A stretch of 64,000 nucleotides of DNA, from the NCBI RefSeq assembly GCF_018977255.1, contig NW_024704742.1, positions 5,210,001 to 5,274,000 on the forward strand, given 5' to 3'. The notes under the pieces were generated by a model. That model did no database searches, was not told the DNA's origin, and saw only the letters and a list, made by a program, of their open reading frames with translations. Numbering within the stretch: the stretch's first letter is position 1; each line of letters starts with the position of its first letter. The position numbers and the translations under genes were made by a program. This DNA comes from Callorhinchus milii (Eukaryota). Below are positions 12,671-25,890 of the stretch, piece after piece.

Positions 12671-14214
12671 GGAGATGAAGGGATAAGGAGAACCTGAGGT
12701 AATCTGTGAGGCACGACTGTGCTCCTGGAGCCTGGTTGGGGACTGAAAATGTTGTCTGTGGAGAGTGGAGAGCAAAAGGTGAATAACAGAGATGGATAGA
12801 AAAAATTGGACTTTACTGGAATAACTTTTGGGGATCAGACAGTATTTCGCCCTGGTAGATTCGATGGGTGGGGATGGAGTGAAGATGATCTATGGAGGGA
12901 ACGGTTATAGGCAAATGACCTTTTCTCATTCCATTCTCCCTCCTGCTCTTAAGCATACAACAGTGATTTCTGGTTGATTGATCCTTTCTGAACTGGTGCC
13001 AGTGCAAGCAAATTGCACCTGCAGGACTAGTTTTATAGAGTTGCGAGATGGACTTGTGCCAGTATGAAATCCTGATACCAGACATGAGGTTGTTTTCCAC
13101 ACAACCCCCAGCCCCCATTCTGCCTGTAACTCCTTAACTCCCTCTCCCAACCCCACGTATACTCTACCTGACATGACCTGTGGTGCACATTCATCGAAAG
13201 GAAATTGAAACTTATCGACTAAGAATCTAAACCTTTTACCAAAGAGTTTGATATTTATATTCGACTAATAGAAACAGTTTTTTTTTAAAAAAAAAACTTT
13301 TTTTTTGCCAGTCTCTCTTGGTTTATAAATGTCAGCAGTTATGAGTGCAGGGAAAACACCAAACCTTTGTGTGTTTTTTTAACCACCTCTGGGAGATTAT
13401 AAAAAGAGTGTGAAATAAAGCAGGTTGCCCTAAAAAAAGGAGCAATTGATATGATTTTTCTGTCAGTCAGGGAACCGTAAACAATACGAACTAGAAATAG
13501 TAGAAGCCATCTGTTTCCATGATAACCAGATCCCAGTCAGCAAAATAGTTTGGGAAGTGCGTAATTTGCATAACGTGTTATAATTCCAGTCTTAAACTGC
13601 ATTCATTTATTATTATTCTATTTGTTGTTGCATTTATTGATTTGGCAGCAAGCAAATAGCGAGCATGATAAAAACAACTGTGCTCACAGGATTTACTGGA
13701 TCGTGCCGTTAGTCTAGTGAATCGGTGGAACTGTGGTGCACATAAACATTTCTGACCTTCCATCTGTTCAGAAACCAGCTGGCCTTTATTAGCCAGCCTT
13801 TTTGTGCTTTCTTTTAAAGTACGGCACATTCCATCCTTTTTTTCCTCTCTCGTCCATCGCTGTTTTCCTTTGCACCTTTTATAGCCTCTGACCACTCTCT
13901 GTGTCTCTTATTGCTCAGTGTATTTCCGTGTTGTGTTTATTACCTCTGGCATGTTTTCTGTTTTGGAGAACCTCTATGTGTTCTTTTGAGTATGGTTGCA
14001 GTCGGCAAGTGTATTCTCCTTTCACACACAGCTTCAAAGATCCTTCTCTCAAATTTGAAGTACTAGTTCAGCTGTATAGCTGTTAGTAGCTTTTCTAAAT
14101 GAACATCAAAGGATCAGACAGACAACGGTAATAAATCCACATTCTCCCTGTTTTTAACGTCTGTATTTTCCTTCCCATTTGCAGTATTACACTATGGAGA
14201 CCACACCCATATAA

Positions 14215-14720
14215 CAATACAATACAAACTTAAATTGATGTAGCATCTTTCACGTCGGGAAGAAGTCCTAAATCTCTTAAAAGAATTGGGGGTGAAGGTG
14301 ACCGGAAAGAATGGGTCAAACAGTAAGCGTTGAGGTGGACTTTGAATGAGGTGAAGGAGGGAAAGAGTCAGACGGATTCTGGGATGGAGTGTCAGAGATT
14401 GGGGCCAGAATGGGTGAAGGCTCACTTGCGGACATCGGACAGATAAGCAGAGGACATGAACAGGCTGGTGCTTGCTGAGCGAATACAGAGGCCGAGTTGA
14501 TAGTGTTTGAGGAGGTCGCTGAGGTGAGGGGGGGTGCGGGTGCGGGTGTAAAACCATGGAGGGATTTAAAACTCAAAATGGGAATCTTGAACTCGATTCT
14601 CTGGGGAATGGGGAGCCAGTGGAGCCAGGCAAGGATTGGAGTGATAGGCTCACTGGGACTAGTCCAGGAAAAGACAGAGGGTTGCAGAGTTCTGGAGAGT
14701 TTACAGCTTGTGTAGGGAAG
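14215..14720 (-). mobile_element. Degenerate L2 3' fragment
   Basis: Degraded LHWLPIPQRIEFKI..FKSLHG motif on the - strand plus an L2-type tail. Confidence 0.75.
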
Positions 14721-14879
14721 AGCTGGGTAGTCTGGCTAGCAGAGGGTTGGTGTCCCATATCTTAGCAGGGTGGGATTCTGATTGTACGTGAAATGCATCT
14801 GTACACATTTTAAGAAAAAAACATTGAAAAAAGTCACTTATCACCCTTGAATTTTACCCCGGCTCAGATCTGACTGGGA

Positions 14880-15260
14880 TAATAATAATAATAATAATAA
14901 TAATAATCCATGCATTTGATATAGCGCCTTATCAGGTCTTTGAGACGTCTCAAAGCGCTTCACAGAATGTACCGTAAAGTGAATTGACTGTGTATTTTGC
15001 TGGTGAAATGCGGCAGCCAATTGCATACAGCAGTGTCCCACAAACAGGCGTGGATTGAGTGACCGATTTTTTTTAAAGGGATTATTACCCCCGGAAAAGC
15101 GATCTGCCAATAGGCTAACAAACGGGTTCCTACTTACTGCTAGGTAAACAGAAGCACGTGGAGTAAGGAAACATGCTCAATGTTTTGCCCTGCCAGGGAA
15201 TTGAACTCGGGTCTTCTCGCTTGCAAGGCGAGTGCTCTAACCACTAAGCTACAGGACTCC
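14880..15260 (-). mobile_element. tRNA-derived SINE, long variant, full length
   Basis: Complete head through (ATT)n tail. Confidence 0.9.
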
Positions 15261-16810
15261 ACAATGATATGATCCTCGAGCTTATAATGTTGGGAAGGAA
15301 TAACATTTTTTAAAAAAATATGGAGAAAGGAAGACAACAGGGATTTTTGACAGATTTCCCATTTGTTTGGAAAGAATCCTACCTCGTGATCACCTCTGAA
15401 TCACTCAAATTAAATTAAATTAAATGAATCAACATTAAGCTTGAACTGGGGGGTGGTTAAAAGAGTAGCGCCTTGGAACGTCCTCCCGATGTGAAAGGCG
15501 CTATATAAATGTCATTTTGCTGTTGTAGAAGGAAGATGAGCAAAGGTACAGTCAATAGGATTTTAAGGCAGGTTTTGAAAGCAGAGAGGGACATTTTGAG
15601 ATGGAAAGATTTAGCTAAAGAATTCCAGACAGTGTTTCAAAGCACTTCACAGGATGTGCTGTGGTGTGGCGTGACTGTGTGTATTTTCTGGGTAAACACA
15701 GCAGTCAATTTGCACAGAGCAATGTGCCAATGGTGTGCATATTTTTGGATGAGTTTCTCATCTGTTCCTGATATTCTTTTAAATAATCCTTCCATATACG
15801 TCCACCTAACAAATTGACTTCGTAGCTTTTCGGTCAAAGAGCAGATAACTGAGAACTTCTGTTCTTAATTGATGGCCTTGAAAAATCAGCATGTTGTCAA
15901 CTTTAATCATTTCAAACACTGCTGTATTGCTCCTGAAGGAATCTTCTATAACAGTTCCCGTTCGAGACCAGCAGCCAGGCTCGCATTTTTATTTCGTATA
16001 AATCCTTTTGGTTTTGCAGCTTGACCACCGTCACATTCAGGTCTCTGTGCTGCGCAAAGACCCTTGGCTTAGAAGCAATCAAGGAATCTGCTCCCACATA
16101 TGTGTCATGTCCCACTGTTACAGGCTGTACAAGATTGCTTCAGGGATTCACTCACAAATTCTTCCTCCTTTCATCCGTTTGGTTCCTTCTTCTTCCAACT
16201 CAGCCAAGATAAAGGAATTGGCCTGCAACCAATTGTAGTCAAACATGAGCACATATCCGACCACTCTGTAGGGTATCTTTACCTTTCCGGGCCAGGTAGC
16301 CAAAATCACTGAACACAGCCAACTGAGCTTAAAATGCTTTCATTCTATCCACAACCAAAGCTTGCAGCTCGTTTTCAACACAGTGTTCGATATAACTACT
16401 CATCAGGGAACTGACATTCCTCTTAGATCCAAGAATTCTTTTAAAAAAAAATGTAACTCAGTCTTTACTAAGCAATTGGTCTCTTTTAAGAACAGCACAA
16501 GGGAAAAACGGTTTCCAAATGTAAGAATTTTCCAAAATGGTCTTAAATTTTAAGACAATAATATTGAGGCTAGTACCACGATAAATGACAAGCCTCAGGA
16601 GGATAGGAATTTCAGTAGACAAACAGTGTTGGAGTGAAGGAATCTGGTTGTATTTACATCTTTTTGCACCAAAACAGTGTGATATGCTTGGTTTTGAGTG
16701 TTCTGAGTGTTGGGTCAAAATCTGATTGCCTGACCATAGCCAATCGTGGCTGCGACCTCAGGTTAATAAGCACAAGGGGAATGCTGAAAAGTGGGACATG
16801 TCAACTGTAT

Positions 16811-17557
16811 TTTGTTTTGGTCAGCCAGGTGTCTGTCACACGCGGAAACCCATCACCGTGATTAAGAGTATCCCAAACGAGCTGAGATTTCCATGCACCC
16901 CGCCGACACATGGAAATCCCAGAGGTAGATTGTTGGATTGGAACGCACATTCTCTCCCTGGAGGGACACATCTGGTTTGCCTAATTCTGGAAAGTATTAG
17001 GCAATGGTTGGGTAAGAGCCAAGGTTTGGGGACCCCAGACTGTGCATTGGGGTAACTGTTGGAGTCTAACCAGCTAAAACCGCACAGCTTGCCATTGATA
17101 TCTCTGTTTGGCAAGCTTTCCCGCTGCTTGTCCAGCTAGGACCACTCTACCCATTTGGGCTTTGACTCGCAGGGTTCACAGGAGCTGAGTGGGATGACTC
17201 TCTGTCCCCAGTGACTGGTCTGCCCTTCCGGTCCTGCCGATGAGCCAGGCTGGCTGAGCTGTCACCAGCATTGCCCTGGAATACTGCGGACTCGCCTGGC
17301 TCAGGAACCGGACTAGAGACCATCACAGAGGGCTGGCTCGATTCCAACGTTGCATTGCCAAGCATGTTACCTTGTGGGTTTGTTCAGCTATCTGGTGGGC
17401 ACCTGTCTTCAGCATGGTGGGAGGCAGCACCAGCTGCTTAATCCAAGTCCTCATGTGAGGGGCCTTGGCAAGTAGATGTGCCCCCTGTGAAGCCACCTCC
17501 ACCTTCAGGGTGATCAGCGACAGGTTAGTGTAGGCTGGAGCCCTCCCTCCCTCCCTG
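16811..17557 (-). mobile_element. Unclassified structured non-coding retroposed element, TSD-delimited insertion
   Basis: Flanked by the exact 14-bp direct repeat CATGTCAACTGTAT (16797-16810 and 17558-17571). A-rich 3' end on the - strand. Homologous to 48240-48753 and 3786-3841. Confidence 0.8.
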
Positions 17558-18984
17558 CATGTCAACTGTATGTTAGTTTCAACAGGAGAAGGAACTGCAA
17601 AAATGTTTGTTCAGGGATTGCCAAAGAAGCATCGCCACTCCCATCTTCCTGAAACAATCCACGGCAAATCATCATGGCGAGGGTCACAATGCTAATAATG
17701 CCCATAGCAATAATGATCTCCCCAAACGCATTAATATTTCCGGTTCTTTACCTTGGCTGGACACAGATATCGTAAACAGACCAACCCAAAAAAGGTACAA
17801 AAACTGCACAGGAATTTTCCACGATAATGCAATTTTGGATTCTGCTGTGAGATGCAATAAAAAAAAGTACATCCACACCACTCATAAGCATGGCCTTTCT
17901 ATGCTCTTTTAAGCCGGGTGATTACTTGGGGATTGAGTGAATCAAACTCAGGGTCAAGCCAATCCATCACGTCTGAAACATCTTGTTCAGTCCAGAGCTT
18001 ATCGCATGCACTGAGCAACATGAAGAATTTCAGACTCTTGAGTACAGGACCAGCACCCTCATGGGTTGTGCTGCTGCAACATTTTAGCTCCGTTTTCCGA
18101 CGTGAAGGGCGCTTACACAAGTGTCATTTGTTGCCGTTGTTCATTTCAGAGTTTGCTGGACGTGGGCTGTGCACCCAATCTGTGCGAGCAAAAATGTGGC
18201 CGCAGCCCAACCCGTGAGGATGTCGGTCTTGTATTTAGAGTCTAAAATTCTTCATGTTGCTCAGTGCAGTGACGTTGAGGTTAGCATTTCTTCCTGCCAC
18301 TGGAAGGAATGCAACAACAGTTGACGGAGGTTGAACAGCACTGACTTATTTGGGTGGGGGTGGGGGGGGTTATTAAAACACAAGAGGCAAGATTCGTTTC
18401 AGCATTCCAAGTGTGAACGGTGTGATTCAAAAAAAACACTTAATCGCTTAATTGATGCCGTTAGCCTGTTCAACCCGGAAAACTGTAATTTTCTCCTGCT
18501 CTTGAGGTTTCAAGTGATCCTCACAAATTCCCTGTGGAGCTGTCAGCACCAAGCTCAGACTGTGTCTGTCTGTAATTGGTGCTGTGGAATTATTGCACTA
18601 TGTGATCCATGCAAAATATGTACAGAGTTTGCAGTTACAGCGGCCTTTATAAGATTATCTCTGGTGGGGTTCGGGCGTATTCAATTCAGCTTCTGAATTA
18701 CACCAACGTATTACACCAACTATTACTGGTCTCCGCTGATGTCTGTGCTTGTTATGGGAGCATGTTTCTTCTCAGGGAGCGGCAAGTTTCACAGGGCACA
18801 AAGTATGTTCACCTTCGATTAAAATAATTAGGGAAAGGCATTTTGTGCACCCACTTCTGTCAGGTTTCTTCTCTCAAGGTGTGATTCTCCTCGGATTAGT
18901 CTATGCAGTTTTTGTCTTCTGCTTCTGACTGTGGGCAAACCCAGAACCTTCACTTTTATAGCAGGGAAAAAACAACAGATTACG

Positions 18985-19420
18985 TATGTATTGCGCCTTT
19001 CATGCCGAGAGGCGCTGGACAGTCAGGGATTTGGACCCGAGCAGGGGGTTGGGGTCAGGAGCGGTGGAGGGCAGGGAGCGTAGGGATAGGAGGGTGACCG
19101 AAGCTGCGGTCAAAGAAGAGGGTCTTGAGACGTGCCTTGAAGGAGGCAAGGGAGGGAGCGAGGCGAAGTTGACTGTGAGATGGAGTTCCAAAGGGTGGGG
19201 GCAGAGAGGCCCGACTGTCGATGGTGGGGCGGGCCGGGCGGGGGACGTGGAGCAGGCCAGAGCCTGCTGAGTGGAGGGAGCGGACATGTTGATATGGTGT
19301 TAACAGGTCACAGAGGTAGGAAGGAGCAAGGCCTTGGAGGGCTTTGAAGGCGAGGACAAGGATTTTGAACCCTATCCTCTGGGGGATGGGGAGCCAGCGT
19401 TGCTGGCCGAGAGTGGGGGT
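18985..19420 (-). mobile_element. L2 3' fragment
   Basis: Homologous to the reverse complement of 53814-54347. Confidence 0.8.
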
Positions 19421-19684
19421 ACAGGTTTGATTGCAACTGCTATGAACTGGACGTACAAAGAAACTATGTCGTTGCTTTGCTGGTCTGGTAATTTAGGATC
19501 AGTCAGTACACTTGAGGAAGCAGAACGTGTTCAATAGAAATTGTTGGGTGTAGTTCTTGTCTAATGTTAGGCTGAGCTGAACTCAAAGGGGTTGACAGTA
19601 CAAATGGCTTACAAAGAGAACTACCACCAGATTTACACTTTTATTGTTTAATATCAATGAATTTCACAGGCCTTTTGTGTGTCA

Positions 19685-20062
19685 GTCTGGCTCAGTTGGC
19701 AAATTCACACAGTCCAGGCTGACACTCCAATACGCGCTCTCAGGGAAGTTTGCATTGTTGGAGATGCCGTCCTTCAGATGAGACATTAAACTAAAACAGT
19801 TTCAGGTGGAAGTTAAATATCCTTTGGCACAAGTCATAAAGAGAAGGGAGTTTCCCCGGTGTCCTGATCAACAATCCTGCAAATAAAGTTGATCATTTGT
19901 TTCGTGGTTGTTTGTGGGACATTGCTGTCCACCACTGAACTGCTGTGTTTGCCTACAAACACACAGTCACTCGATTTCAGTCACAATCCAATACTGTGAA
20001 GTGCTTGGAGACATTCTCCTGACTAGAAAGACACTAAACCAAATACAAGGATTATTAATATT
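19685..20062 (+). mobile_element. Older Deu-domain SINE
   Basis: Same body motifs as 25490-25890. Confidence 0.7.
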
Positions 20063-20139
20063 ACTACAGCACGTTGTGTCTCGCTAGTAATCTATGAGCG
20101 AAGACAAGAGGAACTGGGCCTAATTTCATTGGTAAATCG

Positions 20140-20425
20140 TGTGTTAGTGTCCAGAGAGCATCAATTTAAGAGAGTTAACAAGGGAGTAAAGGTGAGATTT
20201 CGAGACACTATTTCACACAGAGATTTATAAGGATGTGGAATGCCTTGTTGGGTGCAATGGTGGTGTGGTGGCAGGATCCATAATAACTTTCAAGAGGCAA
20301 ATCTAAACAATTTACAAGGAAATGGGGAAGAGGTAGGTAAATGGGACTGAAAGGATTGCTCATTCAAAGAGCCAGCACAGACACAGTGGGTCGAATGGCC
20401 TTTTTCTGTGCTGTGAATTTCCATG
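20140..20425 (+). mobile_element. Degenerate CR1 3' fragment
   Basis: tatttcacacagag..gatgtggaatgcctt..gggtcgaatggcctttttctgtgctg. Confidence 0.65.
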
Positions 20426-21424
20426 GGTCCACTGTGTTTTTCTCAACGTGAGCCACGTAATCCTGCGTGCTCCCCTATAACCAGTCATATTGCTCTTTTA
20501 TCAAGCATCCAATTTAAAGGAGGATTTGGACTCTTCTTCAGTACAGCTCGTGTTAGAGAATTCCACATTCCCAGCACTCTCCGAGTAAAGACATTTATCT
20601 GTACCGAATTTGCAATCGTTTCAAATTAAAATCCATTTGCTCCCATAAATGATACAAATATTACTTGCGCACTAAAGCCCACACCTTGCTACATTAACAC
20701 GATTAACCAGCTACGAATTATAAGAAGCTGAATCATGTCGCTGGATGATGTAAACACTAGCTCAATGTCCAGCTTGTTTTGTGCTCCGAGTGTATAACAC
20801 AGTGCATTCGTCAGTGGTAATTTGTTGCTATCTGATGCATGCATTGCTTCAGGGAGAAAGTGCAGCTAAACCACTGAGGGAGAATGAATTTAGTGCAGAT
20901 CAATGGAACCAAATTGAATTCGATCTGCCGTATAAATGGAGTAAAAGGCAAAATGTATCCTGCAACTTTCTCCCAACTAATAACCCCTTCGCTTTAATAG
21001 TAATGGAGTGCTAATTTGGTTTTAATTGAACAATTTTTGATTCAGTTTTTCACATTTCATTCCATCACTATTCCATCTTGCATTTGTTTTTCGTGCAAAG
21101 TGTCCCAGTGGAACTAGCTAACAGGTAAAGGCCACTACACCGTGGAAACCTAGCCTATTACAGACCAGTGGTTTGGATAAAAGAAAATTAATGGAACAAC
21201 GCATAGTATCCACTGTTTCATTGGGTTTGGGGGAGGAAGGGGTGGAGGTGGGGGGGAGGGTTGGTGAGGAAGATACAATAGGTTCACGTGCCATTTCATC
21301 CTGAGTCAATAATGTATTGATGCATTCCGGTGAGATTTATATCATCGTGTCATGCGTATAGAAGTGAGTAAGGAGTCAGTCAGTCAGTTAGTGTTTCATC
21401 AGCTTCAACAGTTCACAAAAGAGC

Positions 21425-21670
21425 ACAACAACAACGACTTGCATTTGTATAGCGCCCTTCACGTGAGATAGCGCACGGAGTGCTTGACCCTGGCGGAGTC
21501 TGACAACGAGCCAGGGGGAGGGGAGGGGGGAGGTGACCGTAAGCACGATCAAAAAGGAAGGTCTTTTGGTGGGGTTTGAAGGTGGGGAGGGAGGGAGAGT
21601 TCTAAAATTTTGGGGCGTAATGGCTGAAGGCACGACCACTGATGGTGGAACAGAGGGGACAAGGGACAAA
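21425..21670 (-). mobile_element. L2 3' fragment
   Basis: (CAA)n tail, then cttgcatttgtatagcgcccttcacgtg and an L2-like purine-rich body. Confidence 0.7.
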
Positions 21671-21689
21671 GAGAAATTCGGATGAAGAA

Positions 21690-22290
21690 GCCCTTTAGTC
21701 CATTTTATCTCATCCTTCTAGAATATCCAAGCTCCAGTCCAGCCATCAAGCTATTTTTTAAATGAGTCCAGCGTTCTGGCCTCAACCACCTTTCCTGGCA
21801 ATCCATTCATTATCCTCTGCATAAAGAATTACTTCCCGGTGTCTGTCCTGAAATTGCCCTTTGCAACCCTAAAACCTGTGTCCTCTTGTGCTGTTGAATT
21901 GGTGCATCTAAAAGTATTGTTCTGGGTTTAGTTTCTCAATCCCATTTAAAACATTATATGTCTCTGTAAGATTTCCTCTGAGATATTTATTTTTAAGACT
22001 GAAGAAGCCTAATGGTCGCTCGTACCTCTAACGTTGGGGATCAGCCTGACTGCCCTCCTCTGCACTGCCTCGAGGGCCTGAGTAGCCCCTTTACGTTGCA
22101 ACAGTCAGAACTACATACAGCAGTCGAGGTGCAGCTTAACCAGAATTCCTTACAGATTGAATATGACTTCTGGAAAGCTTAACTCAACCGATTTGGCAAT
22201 ATAGCGCAGGATCCTATTTGCATTATTTATTATTGCTTCACTGTATTTTGACATGGTGAGCGATGAGTCGACCAACAACCAGTCTCTTAC
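21690..22290 (-). mobile_element. Degenerate CR1 fragment
   Basis: Reverse complement carries traces of the CR1 LVRPHLDYC..FW and TRGH motifs. Confidence 0.65.
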
Positions 22291-22346
22291 AGCTTTCCCC
22301 GATTTACCTGCCTTACACTGCGTTCTTGAAACTAGGTCAATAATCT

Positions 22347-22592
22347 AATAATAATCCTGGCACTTGATACAGCGCCTTAACATGTTGTGGAGACGTCTCA
22401 AAGCGCTTCAGAGAATATACTGTAAAGTGAATTGACCGTATATTTTATGGGTGAAACGCGGCGGCCAATTGCACACAGCAGCGTCCCCACAAACAGTTGT
22501 GGATTGAGTGACCGCATTTTTATCTTTTAAGGCGTTATTATCCTCGAAAAGTGATCCACCAATCGACTAACAGCCAGGTTCCTTTTTACTGT
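22347..22592 (-). mobile_element. tRNA-derived SINE, truncated long variant
   Basis: Core and tail; abuts an oppositely oriented L2 3' end (about 22600-22805). Confidence 0.8.
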
Positions 22593-24016
22593 TTTATGTT
22601 CCCTCCCCTATCCACCCCACCACTAGCTCCCTTCCCTCCCTTAAGGCCAGTCTCAAAACATACCTTTTTGACGATGCTTTCCCACCCCCCACCCCCCCGC
22701 CCCCCCTCCACCTGCTCCCACACCCAACTGGGGTGCCAAACTGGCATCGTTGAGCGCTTTGAGATGCTTTACTTACATGAACGGAGCTGTATAAATATAA
22801 ATTGTAAATTGCTTTCCTCGCCCAGAATTCTTGGGTGTCTCGGAATGACTAGAAAAAATTTACCTCTGTGTATCTTGTTGTGTGGATAAAAAAATAAAAT
22901 GTTGATCTTTCATTTAGTGTCAATGTTAACTGTAAAGAAGATGTCTCCCATTTTTCTCACTTACTCTAACGAAAGACATTCGTTTTTTTTGTCCTCTATA
23001 TGCCAGCCATCAATCATTGTTCATTAAATAACTGTTGCTTTTCTCTCAGTTCTCTTTTGAGACTTGTTCTGGTATGTGGATTATTGTGAAGTTGACACTC
23101 TTAAAAGGGGATTGTATCCGTAATGCCTGTTAAATAATGTGCACTGATAATGTGCCATGGTACTGGACATTGGCACATTCAGGGCTTATGTATTATACAC
23201 ACCCACCTGCCACAATACATGACAAGCCCAGATGTAATAAGCATTTTCAAAGTGTACACCTCGTAAAATAAAGGGAATTAAAATGCGAAATTACAACTGC
23301 TCTTACTAAGAATGAGAAGGAAAAGCAGCCAGACATTACAAGGGGCCAGAAGCTAAACCATTCCCTCCTGGCAAATGCAAATCTCATTGGAGGGACTTCT
23401 CTGTGTAAACAGATGTCAGGTAGCGAGCTGATAAAAAAGGATTACTGAAGCTGTTAAAATGCAGAGACACAAAGGCACACGTGCCTTTTGTATTGTTTGA
23501 GACTCACCATTAATACTTGACTAGATCTGGAAGGAGTCTTATGACAGGAAACGTGACCACTCAGTCTTACATACTCCAAGGACTGCAATGATTTCATGAA
23601 AGAACTGGCTCGGCTGTAGATAAAAAGGATTGTGGCAGAATAGCATGCACCACTGACTGTTTCAGGAAGTCTGAAGGGAGAATGCTGATGATGTGGGTAT
23701 AAAGAGTGAGTGCGACTGCAATCTGTTTCAAAGAGATTGCATTCATTTTTCTGGCTACAAGCACATGTGGGGACAAAACCGACACTGCAAATAAAGAGTC
23801 ACCACATTATTGTACAGACAATGACAGTAAGAACAACGACGGGGTTTTATTGGGACAGTACTACTTGCATTTAATATTGTGTCTAATCGCAGTGAAACAT
23901 TTCAAAACCCTTCACACAAACAAGTGTTTTTTTGAAGTACTTGTTATATAGGGACACACCATGATTAATCTGCGTTAGCAACCTCCCACAAACAGCAATG
24001 AGATGAATGACCAATG

Positions 24017-24339
24017 AATAATCATAATACTAATCCTTTCATTTGATATAGCGCTTTTCCCGTCTTCAAGACGTCTCGAAGCTCTTCACAGAATAACTGT
24101 AAAGTGAATTGACTGTATATTTTGTGGGCGAAATGCGGCAGCCAATTACGCACAGCAGTGTCCCCCACAAACAGTCATGGTTTGAATGACCAAATCATGT
24201 TTTTAATTTTATTTTTTTCTTGAAGGATTATTATCAGCCGTGTGGAGTAAAGAAACTTGCCCAAGGTTTCGCCTTGCCGGGAATCAAATCCAGGTCTCTC
24301 GCTTGCGAGGCGAGCGCTCTGACCACCGAACTACAGGAC
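24017..24339 (-). mobile_element. tRNA-derived SINE, short variant
   Basis: Head, core and tail present. Confidence 0.9.
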
Positions 24340-24801
24340 AATGGTTAGTTTTTGGTGAATTTTCTTTTGGATGAGTCAGGAACTATGACAGGGACACTGG
24401 GAGAACTCTACCTTTTCCAAATTCTACTGTTTCGATCACCCTGTAGTGAAGGTCCGTTCTTCAGATGAAACATTAAACCAAGGTCTCATCTGCCTGCTCA
24501 GGAGAATGTTAAAGGTTCCCATTCCACTTTTTGAAGAGAGTAGGAAGTATTTCCTGGTGTCCTGGCCACCAATCTCCCAATCACAATTACTCATTAATTT
24601 CATATTTTTTATAGAACATTGATATGCGTAAATTAGCTGCTGTACTCGTGTACGCGTACATAGTCCTTACAGTTTATAAAACAAACTTATGAAGCACCTT
24701 AAGCCATTCATGACATTAAAGTGGTATCTGATGTGTGAGGCTATCTCAAGCACAAAACTCCCGTGGTCTGTGAGCTGTCAAAGCCCAATCATTCACTGTA
24801 T

Positions 24802-25010
24802 TAATAATAATAATAATAATCCTTACATTTGATATAGCGCCTTATAATGTCGTTGAGACGTCTCAAGGTGCTTCACGGAATATACTGTAAAGTGACTGCA
24901 TATTTTATGGGCGGAACACGGCAGCCAATTGCACACGGCAGTATCCCACAAACAGTCGTGGATTGAGTAATCAAATTATTCTTTTTTTTGGAGGGATTAT
25001 TACTCCAAAG
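24802..25010 (-). mobile_element. tRNA-derived SINE, 5'-truncated
   Basis: Core and tail. Confidence 0.85.
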
Positions 25011-25489
25011 GTATTGAATTGAAGGTTTTGAAGTTTGGGGCAGGGGGTCATAGGAGAATCACACTAGCTCTGAAAAAAGCTGTCTGTTTAGTTCCATTCT
25101 TCTACCTTTCCCCCCCTTCCCTTTAATCCTCAACATCTTCTCATTTTAGTTTTTATTTATTTCTGTCTACTTTTTCTGCCGTAGTGTCTTTCTGTCACAA
25201 AGATAGCGGGAGAGTCCAGTCGTTGACTGTCTCCACAGCTCCAGAGTGCCAAAGCCAATTAGATGACAAGCAAACAACCTCCCTGGGATGAGACAGATGT
25301 CCCTGCTGATTTAACATCACTCAGAGATGAAGCTCTGTGTATGAGGCCCATTATCATGAGCTTGAATAAAAGTACCAGCGTGGGACTCACCATGTAAATC
25401 CAGCTCGTCAACTACAACCTCAACCCAACCAGGATACAAACGTGTCTTCATCTTAGACACGAATGTGACCAAATTTAATGACCTGAGCA

Positions 25490-25890
25490 GCCCATCTCAG
25501 TCGGCAGCACTCACAGCTCTGAGCCTGAAGGTTGTGGGCTCAAACCCTATGTTGGCAATTCACGCTCACTGTCCAGCCTGACACTCCAGTTCAGTGCTGA
25601 GGGAGCTCTGAATTGTTGGAAGTGCCTTCAACCGCAATGTTAAACCAAGGTCTTGTCTAACAGTCCAGGTGGACATTAAAGATCCCACGGCACTATACAA
25701 AAATAGAATGGAGTTTCTCTCAGTGTCCTGGCCAACAATCCCCCCAGCTAAAAAAAATGTTCGTTCACCTGTTTTGAAACATTGCTGTGCAAATTGGCTG
25801 CTGCTTTTGCCTGCAAACTCCGCAGTAAATCCTGTGCAACATTTCAACAATACGATAAGGCGCTATATCAAATGCAAGGATTTTTATTAT
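25490..25890 (+). mobile_element. Older Deu-domain SINE (SacSINE1/AmnSINE1-like)
   Basis: ctctgag..gaaggttgtggg..ctgacactccag..caggtggacattaaagatccca..gtgtcctggccaacaat..gctgtgcaaattggctgc. Related copies at about 4540-4900, 19685-20062, 29585-30005, 34020-34430(-), 47450-47740 and 51920-52110(-). Confidence 0.7.

Noticed and set aside
17440..17500. HDV/CPEB3-like ribozyme (GGGGGC..GCCCCT helix on the - strand) in the unclassified element
   Set aside because: Too few bases between the helix strands to hold P2, P3 and L3; simple hairpin only
17899..18120. SAM-domain-like LWTEQDVSDVMDWL on the - strand
   Set aside because: Short chance-level resemblance; the ORF overlaps an L2-type tail and has no supporting exons
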